Assembly (NCBI GenBank): GCA_963667015.2
Contig: CAXXJJ010000004.1
Location: forward strand, 4,077,662 to 4,141,661
Direction: 5' to 3'
DNA length: 64,000 bases
Source: Desulfatiglandales bacterium
Lineage (GTDB): Bacteria > Desulfobacterota > DSM-4660 > Desulfatiglandales > HGW-15
This document shows, in pieces, positions 10,806 through 19,953 of the stretch. How positions within the stretch are numbered: position 1 is the stretch's first letter; every line of letters begins with the position of its first letter. The position numbers and the translations under genes were made by a program. Under the pieces are notes generated by a model, which had not been told where the DNA came from, ran no database searches, and saw only the letters and a list, made by a program, of their open reading frames with translations.

Positions 10806-11960
10806 ATGAAACCTTATCACAGTTACCGCCTCTCTCTTATTGCCATAGTTTTGGTTGTCATCTTCCTTTCAGTTTTCTCCTGTGATGTAAAGGATCGGGA
10901 GACATATACCGTGAAACCGGTCAACCTTGATTATACTATCCTTGCCTCATGCACAGTGAGTGAACCGAAGCCTTATAGTGTTACTGCAAAGGCAGGAGGA
11001 GATATAATCAGGTTGAGTGTTAAAGAGGGAGACAGGGTTGATAAAGGGCAGATTCTTGCCCTGATTGATGACTACAGGGAACGAAGAGACCTTATAATAA
11101 ATAAAAACAAATTAAACTCCATAGGCCTCAAGATTGAAGATTCAAAAAAAAATGAACTGCCAAGACTCAAAGAACAGCTTAAAAAAGATACTGCCACCCT
11201 AAAAAATTCAGAAAGATACCTGAACAGGCTTAAGGAGCTGGCCCGGACAGGAGGTATTTCCGAGGTTGAGCTGGAGGCGGCTGAAGAAAATTTTAAGCAG
11301 GCACTTTCCAGGTATAATCAGACAGAGATTGAGATTGATACCTTCAGCCGCTCCGGTGTGCTGGCCGCCCTTGAAACAGAGCGGCAAATTATTACTGCAC
11401 AGATCGAGCTGTCGGAAAGGTCCATTGATGATAAAAAGATCAGAGCGCCATACAGCGGTGTCATCACCGATGTATATTTCACCGAGGGTGAAACTGTTCA
11501 GGACAATGCAAGTCTGCTCAGCATTATCGAAGACAGGGATTTTGAGATTGAAGCAAATATAGACCAGAGGGATATGCCTTTTGTAAAAAAATCCCAGGAT
11601 GCATTTATTGTCCTGGACGCCTATCCATCAAACAAGATCTCCGCACAGGTGTTTTTTGTCTGCCTGGAGGTTGATATCTCCAGGGGAAGCTGCCTCATTA
11701 AATTAAAGATCAGGGATAAACTTGATTTTATCAGGTACGGAATGACAGGAAATGTTGAGATATTTGCAGATAGATTTACGGCTGTGACAGCGGTCCCTTC
11801 GAGATTCCTGAAGCGTGAGGAGGGCGCAGGCTATGTCTATATCCGGGAAAAAGGAGAGGTTGAAGCTGTTAAGGTTGAATTCCGGGAGGTAGGAGAGAAC
11901 TGGGTGATACTCGATAAAATGCCTGAAAACACAGTATTATATCTTCCTGCAGAAAATTAA
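10806..11960 (+). CDS. Efflux membrane fusion protein (HlyD family)
   Basis: Lipoyl-like VKEGDRVDKGQIL / IRAPYSGVI flanking a coiled coil. Confidence 0.85.
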   Translation: MKPYHSYRLSLIAIVLVVIFLSVFSCDVKDRETYTVKPVNLDYTILASCTVSEPKPYSVTAKAGGDIIRLSVKEGDRVDKGQILALIDDYRERRDLIINKNKLNSIGLKIEDSKKNELPRLKEQLKKDTATLKNSERYLNRLKELARTGGISEVELEAAEENFKQALSRYNQTEIEIDTFSRSGVLAALETERQIITAQIELSERSIDDKKIRAPYSGVITDVYFTEGETVQDNASLLSIIEDRDFEIEANIDQRDMPFVKKSQDAFIVLDAYPSNKISAQVFFVCLEVDISRGSCLIKLKIRDKLDFIRYGMTGNVEIFADRFTAVTAVPSRFLKREEGAGYVYIREKGEVEAVKVEFREVGENWVILDKMPENTVLYLPAEN

Positions 11961-11961
11961 T

Positions 11962-13173
11962 ATGGCTGTGAATTACTACGAAATCATGATTGCATGGCGT
12001 TTTCTGGTTAAAGGGAGGCTGCAGACCCTCTTTATCATACTCGGGATAGCAATGGGTGTGGCCGTGCAGTTTTTTTTATCTTCACTTATTGGCGGTCTGC
12101 AGAACAGCATTATCGAAAGAACCGTGGGCTCGTCACCACACCTTATAATATCCCCTGAAGACAGGAAGCCTGCGCCCATTGATACAGGTTCTGCCGCGAT
12201 AAAAGATAACCGGCCTGCCGCCCTTGAGGAAAGGCCGGAGATCTTTTCATGGCAGCAATATGTTATTGACTTGAAAAAGGATAAAAGGATTACCAGTATA
12301 TCCCCTGTTGCCAATGGAAACGGTTTTGTGCTTGAGGGAAACACAGTGCATCCTGTGCGTGTAAAGGGGCTCTATGAGCCTGACGGCCCCGCTATTTACA
12401 GGATAAAACAAAAGCTGGTTTCAGGAAGTGAGAGGTTTTCAGGAGAAACTGCTCTCGTGGCAAAGGAACTGGCTGACAAACTGGCGCTCATAACAGGGGA
12501 TAAGTTTATACTCCGGAATGACAATGGCCAAAATATTTCCCTGATCACAGGCGGTATTTTTGACCTTGGAACCGCCACAGGCAGCAGCCTGATAGTACTT
12601 TCTCTGGACAGGGTAAGGGCCTTTTTCGGTATTGACGGGGTTTCTGCAATCGAGGTACAGGTGTCCGATATCTTTGAGGCAGAAACCATAGCGCAGAAAT
12701 ATTCCGGCCATTTTACAAGGGTTAAGTTCGAATCCTGGCAGAAGACAAACAGGGAGATGCTAGCCGCCCTTTCATCTCAGAGTTCATCATCCTATACTAT
12801 TCAGTTCTTTGTACTTTTTTCAATATCTCTTGGAATTGCCAGCGTCCTTGCAATAGCGGCTGTTCAGAAATCAAGGCAGCTTGGAATCCTCAAGGCCATG
12901 GGTACAACAGATATAAGTTCAGCAAAGATCTTTGTTGTTCAGGGTTTTATACTGGGCGCAGTCGGATCTATCATAGGTGTAGGTATTGGTTATGGTATAT
13001 CAATGCTTTTTATACGGGCAATGGGCGATATGATAGCCTTTGGACTGGAGATAAAGACCGCATATATTATAGTTCCGGTTGTTCTTGCCGTTATAGCCTC
13101 AACTGCCGCTTCTGTAATTCCGGCAAGCCGCGCATCAAGATTATCTCCCATGGAGGTGATAAGGAATGGATGA
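11962..13173 (+). CDS. ABC transporter permease (FtsX/LolE/MacB type)
   Basis: TM1 + periplasmic domain + 3 TM; LGILKAMG and PASRASRLSP motifs. Confidence 0.88.
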   Translation: MAVNYYEIMIAWRFLVKGRLQTLFIILGIAMGVAVQFFLSSLIGGLQNSIIERTVGSSPHLIISPEDRKPAPIDTGSAAIKDNRPAALEERPEIFSWQQYVIDLKKDKRITSISPVANGNGFVLEGNTVHPVRVKGLYEPDGPAIYRIKQKLVSGSERFSGETALVAKELADKLALITGDKFILRNDNGQNISLITGGIFDLGTATGSSLIVLSLDRVRAFFGIDGVSAIEVQVSDIFEAETIAQKYSGHFTRVKFESWQKTNREMLAALSSQSSSSYTIQFFVLFSISLGIASVLAIAAVQKSRQLGILKAMGTTDISSAKIFVVQGFILGAVGSIIGVGIGYGISMLFIRAMGDMIAFGLEIKTAYIIVPVVLAVIASTAASVIPASRASRLSPMEVIRNG

Positions 13174-13942
13174 TAATATTATGATAGCGGTAAAAGGGCT
13201 TAACAAGATATATGGGGCTGCAGTGAAAACCCATGTCCTGTATGATATAGATCTTGAGATAGAGATGGACTCATTTACTGCCCTGATCGGTCCCTCCGGG
13301 TCCGGAAAAAGTACGCTTTTAAGCTGCCTCGGTCTGCTTGAGCCGCCTACATCTGGAGAAATAGTAATTGACGGTCAGTCATTTTCAGATATTAACGTCA
13401 ATAAACTGGCCGCATTTAGAAATGTGAATATAGGTTTTGTTTTCCAGTTTCATCATCTGCTGCCTGAATTTACCGTGTTTGAAAACATCCTCCTTCCTCA
13501 CTGGATAAAAAACGGAAGGCCGGGAACTTCCCTCAGGCAGGAAGCGGACAGGTTAATAGACCGTGTTGGCCTGAGCGATATTAAAAGTAAAAATGTCACA
13601 CAGATATCAGGAGGACAGCAGCAGAGGGTTTCAATAGCCAGGGCACTTATTAACAGGCCAAAGGTTATCTTTGCAGATGAACCTACGGGCAACCTGGACA
13701 GAGAAACAGGAGCGAGGGTGCTTGATCTTTTAAGGGAGATAAACAAAGAAAACAATACGACCCTTGTAATGGTAACTCATGACAGAGAAGTGGCTCTGCG
13801 TTCTGACCGAATAGTAGAGCTTGTAGACGGGAAAATATGCAGAACCATTGATATCAGATCTTCGGGCAGAGATAATGCAATCGAAATGCTTGAAAACCTT
13901 TCCTGCGTCCTCCCTGATTCGGAATCGGACGTGGAGAAATAG
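13166..13942 (+). CDS. ABC transporter ATP-binding protein (LolD/MacB type)
   Basis: [27 protein letters not shown]. Confidence 0.92.
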   Translation: MDDNIMIAVKGLNKIYGAAVKTHVLYDIDLEIEMDSFTALIGPSGSGKSTLLSCLGLLEPPTSGEIVIDGQSFSDINVNKLAAFRNVNIGFVFQFHHLLPEFTVFENILLPHWIKNGRPGTSLRQEADRLIDRVGLSDIKSKNVTQISGGQQQRVSIARALINRPKVIFADEPTGNLDRETGARVLDLLREINKENNTTLVMVTHDREVALRSDRIVELVDGKICRTIDIRSSGRDNAIEMLENLSCVLPDSESDVEK

Positions 13943-14000
13943 CCCCGGGAAAAGGCGTGCAGGACTATAACTGAAGCAATACCTTAACTGAAACGGAAAA

Positions 14001-14465
14001 ATGTTAATGAGTCAAAGGCCGGTAACTCAAAAAAGATTTTATCTCATCCCTGAGGCCCATCTCCTTTTATTTGAGGAAAACAGGATATTGCTGCTGTTAA
14101 GAAAGAACACCGGGTATGAGGATGGTAAATACAGTGTTGTGGCAGGCCATCTCGACGGGGAAGAAACAGCGCGTGAGGCCATGGCAAGGGAGGCCATGGA
14201 AGAGGCTGGGATAGTTATCAATCCCGAAGACCTTGTACTTGCGCACATTACACACAGGATAGACCTGGATGAAAGGGTGTCATTCTTTTTCACAACCGCA
14301 AGTTGGAAAGGAACGCCTCTAAATATGGAACCGGATAAATGCGATGATTTAAGCTGGTTTTCTATTGATTCAATGCCTGAAAACATGGTTCCCTATGTAC
14401 GAAATGCCATTGAGCAATATCTGAAGGGAAATCTATATTCCGAATTCGGCTGGAAAGAGAAATAA
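14001..14465 (+). CDS. NUDIX hydrolase
   Basis: Nudix box [22 protein letters not shown]. Confidence 0.88.
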   Translation: MLMSQRPVTQKRFYLIPEAHLLLFEENRILLLLRKNTGYEDGKYSVVAGHLDGEETAREAMAREAMEEAGIVINPEDLVLAHITHRIDLDERVSFFFTTASWKGTPLNMEPDKCDDLSWFSIDSMPENMVPYVRNAIEQYLKGNLYSEFGWKEK

Positions 14466-14469
14466 AAAA

Positions 14470-15117
14470 ATGAGAACTGTAATATTTGATCTGGACGGGA
14501 CATTGAGTGATTCTGCCGAGGGAATAGTCCGATCCATTAATTATGCCCTGCCCAGACTTGGGTTTAAAGAACGCCCAAAGGAGGAGCTGCTGCAGTATAT
14601 CGGTCCTCACCTTACCTCTATTTTTGAAAACCTGACGGGCAAAAGGGATGAGGATTTCCTTAACAATGCTATTGCAATCTTCAGGGAAAGGTATTTTTCG
14701 ATAGGATATAAGGAAAATGAACTCTATGAAGGGATAAGGGATGTCCTGGAACTGCTGACCCGCTGGGGTGACATCCTGTGCGTTGCCACTACAAAACGGA
14801 CGGATATCGCACAAAACGTCCTCGAGTATTTTGAGATAGATAAATATTTTACACGGGTTCAGGGAAGCGATCTTTACCCGCACAAGGCAGACTCCCTCAG
14901 GGAGATGATGGTTGATTCAACCCTTAACAGCGGGCCCATGATTATGATAGGTGACCGTGACAGCGACTTTACGGCAGCAAGAGATGCGGGAATGCCTTCA
15001 CTTGCCGTCCGCTGGGGTTATGGATGTGAAGATGAATATAAACTTGCAACCGCGGTTGTGGATAAACCCATGAATCTGCCCGGGGCGATAATTCAGTACT
15101 CGGGCATGGTTAAATAA
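14470..15117 (+). CDS. HAD-superfamily hydrolase (phosphoglycolate phosphatase-like)
   Basis: FDLDGTL motif I; MIGDRDSD motif IV. Confidence 0.88.
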   Translation: MRTVIFDLDGTLSDSAEGIVRSINYALPRLGFKERPKEELLQYIGPHLTSIFENLTGKRDEDFLNNAIAIFRERYFSIGYKENELYEGIRDVLELLTRWGDILCVATTKRTDIAQNVLEYFEIDKYFTRVQGSDLYPHKADSLREMMVDSTLNSGPMIMIGDRDSDFTAARDAGMPSLAVRWGYGCEDEYKLATAVVDKPMNLPGAIIQYSGMVK

Positions 15118-15123
15118 AAAATA

Positions 15124-15561
15124 TCACTGGCGTTTGATTACAAGTACCGGTTTTTTGGTTTTACGAATCACCTTTTCAGATACGGACCCGAGAAAGATCT
15201 CCTCCAGGTTGCTCTTCCCGTGTGATCCTATTATGGTTACAGAAACATCCTCACTCTTTTCGGCATTCAGTATCTCTCTTACCGGGAACCCTATCTTTAG
15301 CAGGGACTTTACCTCAAAGCCGCTGGCTGCTAATTCCTCTTCAACCCGTTCCATCTGCTGAGAGGCCTGGGCCATTATGTCCTTCTCAAGGGTATGAGAA
15401 TTCATCCCTGCCAGATTGTCTATGGCCTGAAAGGAACGCTGATCAATAACATGGATCAGGACCACAGACTCAATGCCTGAAGATTTAAGTTTTTTCAATT
15501 CTTCCAGGGCAGCCTTTGATGCATCGGAGAAATCCGTTGGAAACAGGACTTTTTTAAACAT
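15124..15561 (-). CDS. Universal stress protein
   Basis: MFKKVLFPTDFS; GSHGKSNLEEIFLGSVSEKVIR. Confidence 0.9.
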   Translation of the reverse strand: MFKKVLFPTDFSDASKAALEELKKLKSSGIESVVLIHVIDQRSFQAIDNLAGMNSHTLEKDIMAQASQQMERVEEELAASGFEVKSLLKIGFPVREILNAEKSEDVSVTIIGSHGKSNLEEIFLGSVSEKVIRKTKKPVLVIKRQ

Positions 15562-15597
15562 TGTCTGATCCTCCACGAATGTTGTTAACACTACATC

Positions 15598-15936
15598 CTA
15601 GTCATTCTGGCACATCATATATTCGGCCAGTGATTTAAGTTCATCATCAGAAAGGGCTTTGGTTTTTTCAAGGTATTTTTCCATGGTCTTGCTCTTCTCC
15701 TCATTTACAATGGCGGCGGACTTTCCCTGGAGATAGCTTATCAGTTTTTCCCGGTCACCATTATAAACCGTTGCAATCTCCCTGAGGGATGGATATGCCT
15801 TCCCGGTATCGACCTTATGGCAGATCCCGCATTTCAGGGATTTGAACACGGTCTTTTCATCATCGTCACCGGCCATTATATTTGAAGCGCAGAAAAACAG
15901 GATTACAAGGATAATCAGAACTGAATATTTTTTCAT
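15598..15936 (-). CDS. Monoheme class I cytochrome c
   Basis: Signal peptide, CGICH heme motif, distal Met region. Confidence 0.8.
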   Translation of the reverse strand: MKKYSVLIILVILFFCASNIMAGDDDEKTVFKSLKCGICHKVDTGKAYPSLREIATVYNGDREKLISYLQGKSAAIVNEEKSKTMEKYLEKTKALSDDELKSLAEYMMCQND

Positions 15937-16079
15937 TTTTTCCTCCTTAATATGTATCAATCAACTGCGTAGCTTTAGTAAGCAGTTCAAAGCAGGCATG
16001 ATGATAACATAACAATGGTATAAAACAAAATAATTAGATGCTTTATGATCAGGGGAAGTGACCGGGGACATCCTTCCCC

Positions 16080-17126
16080 TTAAAACCGGTACATATCTTT
16101 TTTCTCCTGATTTATATTGCCAAGCAATGCCGCCCCCATATCAAGAATGGATTTCTGGGAATCAATATATTCGCTGAGTCTTGCATGCTGAGAATTCGAC
16201 AATATACCAATCGAAGATTCCAGGTATCCGTTCAGCAGATCCTTTTGAAGCTCCACTCTTTTTTTCCGATTTTCACTGCTGAAAACCTTATCCTGAGGAT
16301 TAGTTGACGCCTGGAACTCTTTTTGATTTTCATCGAGCCTTTGTTTCTCATTATGCATGGCAACAACCAGGTCATTTTCCTGCTGTATGTCAAGATTAAT
16401 CCCTCCCGTGTATTCCATATTGTTTTTAAATTCGCTCAGGAAAAGCCTCTCCTCTTCGTACTTTGCGTATTCCCTGTATGCCTCAAATTGTTCAGGAGAT
16501 AGAAGGCCACTGATTTTTTCATTATAGATGTTATTAACATATTCCTCTTGCTGTTTAAGGTCTTCTCTTGTGATATTTCCCTTTTGTACTTCACCCAGCA
16601 GTGATGTGATATCAACGGTCTCCATCTGTTTTTCAACAAGCAGATCAACCAGTTCGTTCCTGGCTTCAGGAGAAAGATTGTATTCTTTTGCAAATGAATC
16701 ATAAATAGAGCGAATTCTTTTTTCAGCCTGCCCTCGTATCAGGCTTTCCATGGCAGGATTCATCTGCATCTCTGACGTCAGTTTTTCAAAAAACTCGCCA
16801 ACCTGTTCTGATTGCGTGATATCATCTGTTTTTTCATCTGCCAGTTTTTTTTCAGGTGCATTTTTCTCTATAGGCGTAATAACCTTATCCTGATCTTTTT
16901 TATTTATGGTGATTTGAAACTTCTCAACGGTGTTTGTAATATCCGTTTTCACTTCTGGCGAGGTATTTTCAACCAGTGAAATATCATTCTTTGTTTTAGT
17001 TAATGCATCGATATTTCGGTTCTGAATGATAACTGTCACTATCAACCCAACAACGGCAATACAGAGTATAAGCTGAAAAATATTACCTTTTCTACTATTT
17101 GATTTATTTTCCATGGTTGGCTCCAT
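16080..17126 (-). CDS. Hypothetical protein with N-terminal membrane anchor
   Basis: 348-aa ORF, single TM near N-terminus, last gene of GntR-ABC operon. Confidence 0.7.
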   Translation of the reverse strand: MEPTMENKSNSRKGNIFQLILCIAVVGLIVTVIIQNRNIDALTKTKNDISLVENTSPEVKTDITNTVEKFQITINKKDQDKVITPIEKNAPEKKLADEKTDDITQSEQVGEFFEKLTSEMQMNPAMESLIRGQAEKRIRSIYDSFAKEYNLSPEARNELVDLLVEKQMETVDITSLLGEVQKGNITREDLKQQEEYVNNIYNEKISGLLSPEQFEAYREYAKYEEERLFLSEFKNNMEYTGGINLDIQQENDLVVAMHNEKQRLDENQKEFQASTNPQDKVFSSENRKKRVELQKDLLNGYLESSIGILSNSQHARLSEYIDSQKSILDMGAALLGNINQEKKDMYRF

Positions 17127-17149
17127 AATTTTCGATTAAAAAAAGATTT

Positions 17150-17800
17150 TTATAGATCCCTTTTCGAGTATATTTGTGTCGATATTTTGATAGATACAAC
17201 AAATAATAAAATTGCTATACCTGATAGTAGAGAAGAAGTGAGAACATCCGTGAATGAAAAATTCCTTATTTTTTCAACCAGTCCGGGAATTTTAGATACC
17301 GCGAAGAAAAAAATGAAAAAGGTTGCCGCAAACCCGAGAGTCAGGCCAATCGTTGCCTTTGTTGCTCCATATTTAAAATAAAACGGGAAAGAAAATGATG
17401 CCAGTATGGATATAAGTAACAAAGCTAAAGCAAAATATCCCGGAGGGAGCTGTAACTTTAACATACCCGCAAGCTTGAATACCAAATTACTTGAGTAGGC
17501 CAATAGCAGATGAACAGCCATTAATACAACTATTCCAAAGTATCGTGACAGCACAATATCCTTGCGTCGGACCGGCAGAGATCCAAAGAATCCTGCTGTT
17601 CGGTATTTTTCTTCCAGGATGAAAATATTACTGCTGTAAAAATGGATAAGAAGAAGTAAATAAAACAGGGTAAAAAGCGTCCATGCAGGGGCGACAGGAG
17701 ATATGGCTGTTAATGGTATAAATATAACAACTCCTATTCCTTTTTCAGTCCACAGGGCATAGAAATCCTTACGTATGAGGTTTGTTATATTACCTGCCAT
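17150..17800 (-). CDS. ABC-2 transporter permease
   Basis: Six TM; SLPVRRKDIVLSRY motif. Confidence 0.82.
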   Translation of the reverse strand: MAGNITNLIRKDFYALWTEKGIGVVIFIPLTAISPVAPAWTLFTLFYLLLLIHFYSSNIFILEEKYRTAGFFGSLPVRRKDIVLSRYFGIVVLMAVHLLLAYSSNLVFKLAGMLKLQLPPGYFALALLLISILASFSFPFYFKYGATKATIGLTLGFAATFFIFFFAVSKIPGLVEKIRNFSFTDVLTSSLLSGIAILLFVVSIKISTQIYSKRDL

Positions 17801-18662
17801 TTTCTGCTCCTTTCACGCTGTAAACCATAATGTCTTCAAGGTTTGCCTTCTCTACTATTGCATTATCACCCATCAGTGCAGTCAAATCCCCGGCTGAACC
17901 TGTCAGAGCCTCAAATCCAGTCCTCATTTCCCTGACTCCGATACACAGTTCACGCCCCTGTTCATTAAGGAGTTCCAGCGGGCCTTTTACAATCCGGTAT
18001 TTATCCAGGAGATCATCCCTGGACTCAGAGAAAACAATCTTCCCGTCCTCAATAAAGGTTATGTAGTCTGCTATCTTTTCAAGGTCTGTGGTAATGTGAG
18101 TGGAAAAGAATACGGATCTGCTTTCATCCTGAATTATTTCATAGAGGATATCTATCAATTCACTCCGGAAGACAGGGTCAAGACCGCTGGTCGGTTCATC
18201 CATGATCAAAAGCTCTGCGTTGTGTGATAGTGCGAGAGCAAGTGAGAGCTTGGTTTTTTGCCCATGGGATAATGTCTCTGTCTTCTGCTCAGGGTCCAGT
18301 CCGAATTTTTTTATGAACCTGTTGAACTCCTCATTGTTCCAGTTTTTGTAAAAACGGGAAGTTATTTTTCCCATAACCCTTACAGTCATGATACCGCCAT
18401 AAAAACTCTGTTCATCATAGATGAATCCGATTTTTTCCCTGACTTCGGTACTGTCCGGTCCCATGTCGTGGCCCAATACCTTGATCGATCCGGAATCCAT
18501 GTGAATAAGCCCCATGATCGATTTGATGGTGGTAGTTTTTCCTGCACCGTTTCTTCCGATAAACCCCATAACCGTTCCGCGCGGAAGACTAAATGACACA
18601 TCAGAAAGGGAAAAACCGGGGTAATGCTTGGTAAGGTGGTCCACCTTGATTGAATATTCCAT
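17790..18662 (-). CDS. ABC transporter ATP-binding protein
   Basis: GRNGAGKTT, LSHGQ, MDEPTSGLD. Confidence 0.9.
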   Translation of the reverse strand: MEYSIKVDHLTKHYPGFSLSDVSFSLPRGTVMGFIGRNGAGKTTTIKSIMGLIHMDSGSIKVLGHDMGPDSTEVREKIGFIYDEQSFYGGIMTVRVMGKITSRFYKNWNNEEFNRFIKKFGLDPEQKTETLSHGQKTKLSLALALSHNAELLIMDEPTSGLDPVFRSELIDILYEIIQDESRSVFFSTHITTDLEKIADYITFIEDGKIVFSESRDDLLDKYRIVKGPLELLNEQGRELCIGVREMRTGFEALTGSAGDLTALMGDNAIVEKANLEDIMVYSVKGAENGR

Positions 18663-18663
18663 T

Positions 18664-19050
18664 TTATCTTTCCTCCTCAAAAATAATCGCAAGCATAGTC
18701 TGCAGCTCATCCAGCGTCAGCCCGATCCGCTTTCCCTCGGTTGCGACTTCATCTAGTTTTTCCTCCACGATGCGCATGCGCTGCTCCCTGAAAAGCTCCT
18801 TGTTCTTTACAGAAACATAACACCCCTTGCCCTGGACCGATGTCAGAAAGCCAGAGGCAACCAGTTCGTCATAGGCCCGCTTTACTGTGATGACACTCAC
18901 CCGAAGGTCCTGGGCCAGGGCTCGTATTGAGGGAAGCTCATCACCGTCATTAAGTTCTCCGGCTACAATAAGAGATCTTATCCTGTCTTCTATCTGCTCG
19001 TAGATAGGCCTGGGTGATGTCTGTGATATGATGATGCTTATATTGCTCAT
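18664..19050 (-). CDS. GntR family regulator, YtrA subfamily
   Basis: PIYEQI..LPSIRALA..VSVITVKRAY; short C-terminus; upstream of ABC genes. Confidence 0.9.
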   Translation of the reverse strand: MSNISIIISQTSPRPIYEQIEDRIRSLIVAGELNDGDELPSIRALAQDLRVSVITVKRAYDELVASGFLTSVQGKGCYVSVKNKELFREQRMRIVEEKLDEVATEGKRIGLTLDELQTMLAIIFEEER

Positions 19051-19061
19051 TATGTCTCCTG

Positions 19062-19117
19062 TTCTACTGTGTTAATACTGTTATGGTGTAGTATATACAG
19101 TAGAAAAAATATGTCAA
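19062..19117 (-). promoter_or_regulatory. sigma70 promoter overlapped by inverted-repeat operator (likely YtrA autoregulation)
   Basis: Minus strand TTGACA-16nt-TATACT; TTCTACTGT(19062)...ACAGTAGAA(19105) inverted repeat. Confidence 0.6.
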
Positions 19118-19417
19118 CTATAAAAAATGAAAAATTTTTTTATCTCTTATGTTAAAGGAATAATAATGACAAAATAATAACATATTAAGTACATGAAAAA
19201 GCTTGACACCTATATTGTTTTATGTCAATTTTGGCATAATTGTTTTACATACTGCCTGTCTCCTAATCTGAAGTCCTCATATATCTCAATGCAAAATATT
19301 TGAGTGAACATGATCTGGAATTAATAGAGCAGAATATATATTAGATATCTAAGCATGAATTAACTGTATCCGGTTATCCGTTAACACTGAAATGCTCGTG
19401 AAAAGGAGTGGTTAGAT

Positions 19418-19624
19418 ATGACAAACTACATCATGAATATAAACTCACAATCCAATGGCGATCATAAAATTCATAAAATGACCTGTGACAGATTGCCTAA
19501 CCTGGGCAACAGGCTTTATCTGGGTGATTTTCAAAGCTATCACGATGCTGTTCGGGAAGCAAAAAAATATGATCCGGAAGCAGATGGATGCCTGCATTGC
19601 TCCCCGGAATGTAATGAAGAGTAA
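19418..19624 (+). CDS. Small Cys/His-rich hypothetical protein
   Basis: AAGGAG RBS; NGDHKIH..C..LP..NRLYLG..GCLHCSPEC. Confidence 0.7.
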   Translation: MTNYIMNINSQSNGDHKIHKMTCDRLPNLGNRLYLGDFQSYHDAVREAKKYDPEADGCLHCSPECNEE

Positions 19625-19953
19625 TAATTATAGAGGCGTTCCTTCCCTACTCTCTCAATCATTGATAATCAAAATTATCTCTAATTGGCATATGTCTTGC
19701 TAAATATATCTGCTATGTAGATAGATTTATCTATTTCCCCACAAATATTGCAATAAATCATTTGAGATTCCGATAACGTCAAAATATTGGGTGTTTTCTT
19801 TATTAAAAATCGCCATATTTTTGACTTAAATGCGGTTCTATTGAAAATTATGTGGTTTGTGAAAGTTCAAATAATAAGCAATTTAACATTAAGGATTCAG
19901 AGTATATAAATAGAGTAGTTTTTCCATAGTTAAGTAATGAAGGTAAAAAAATT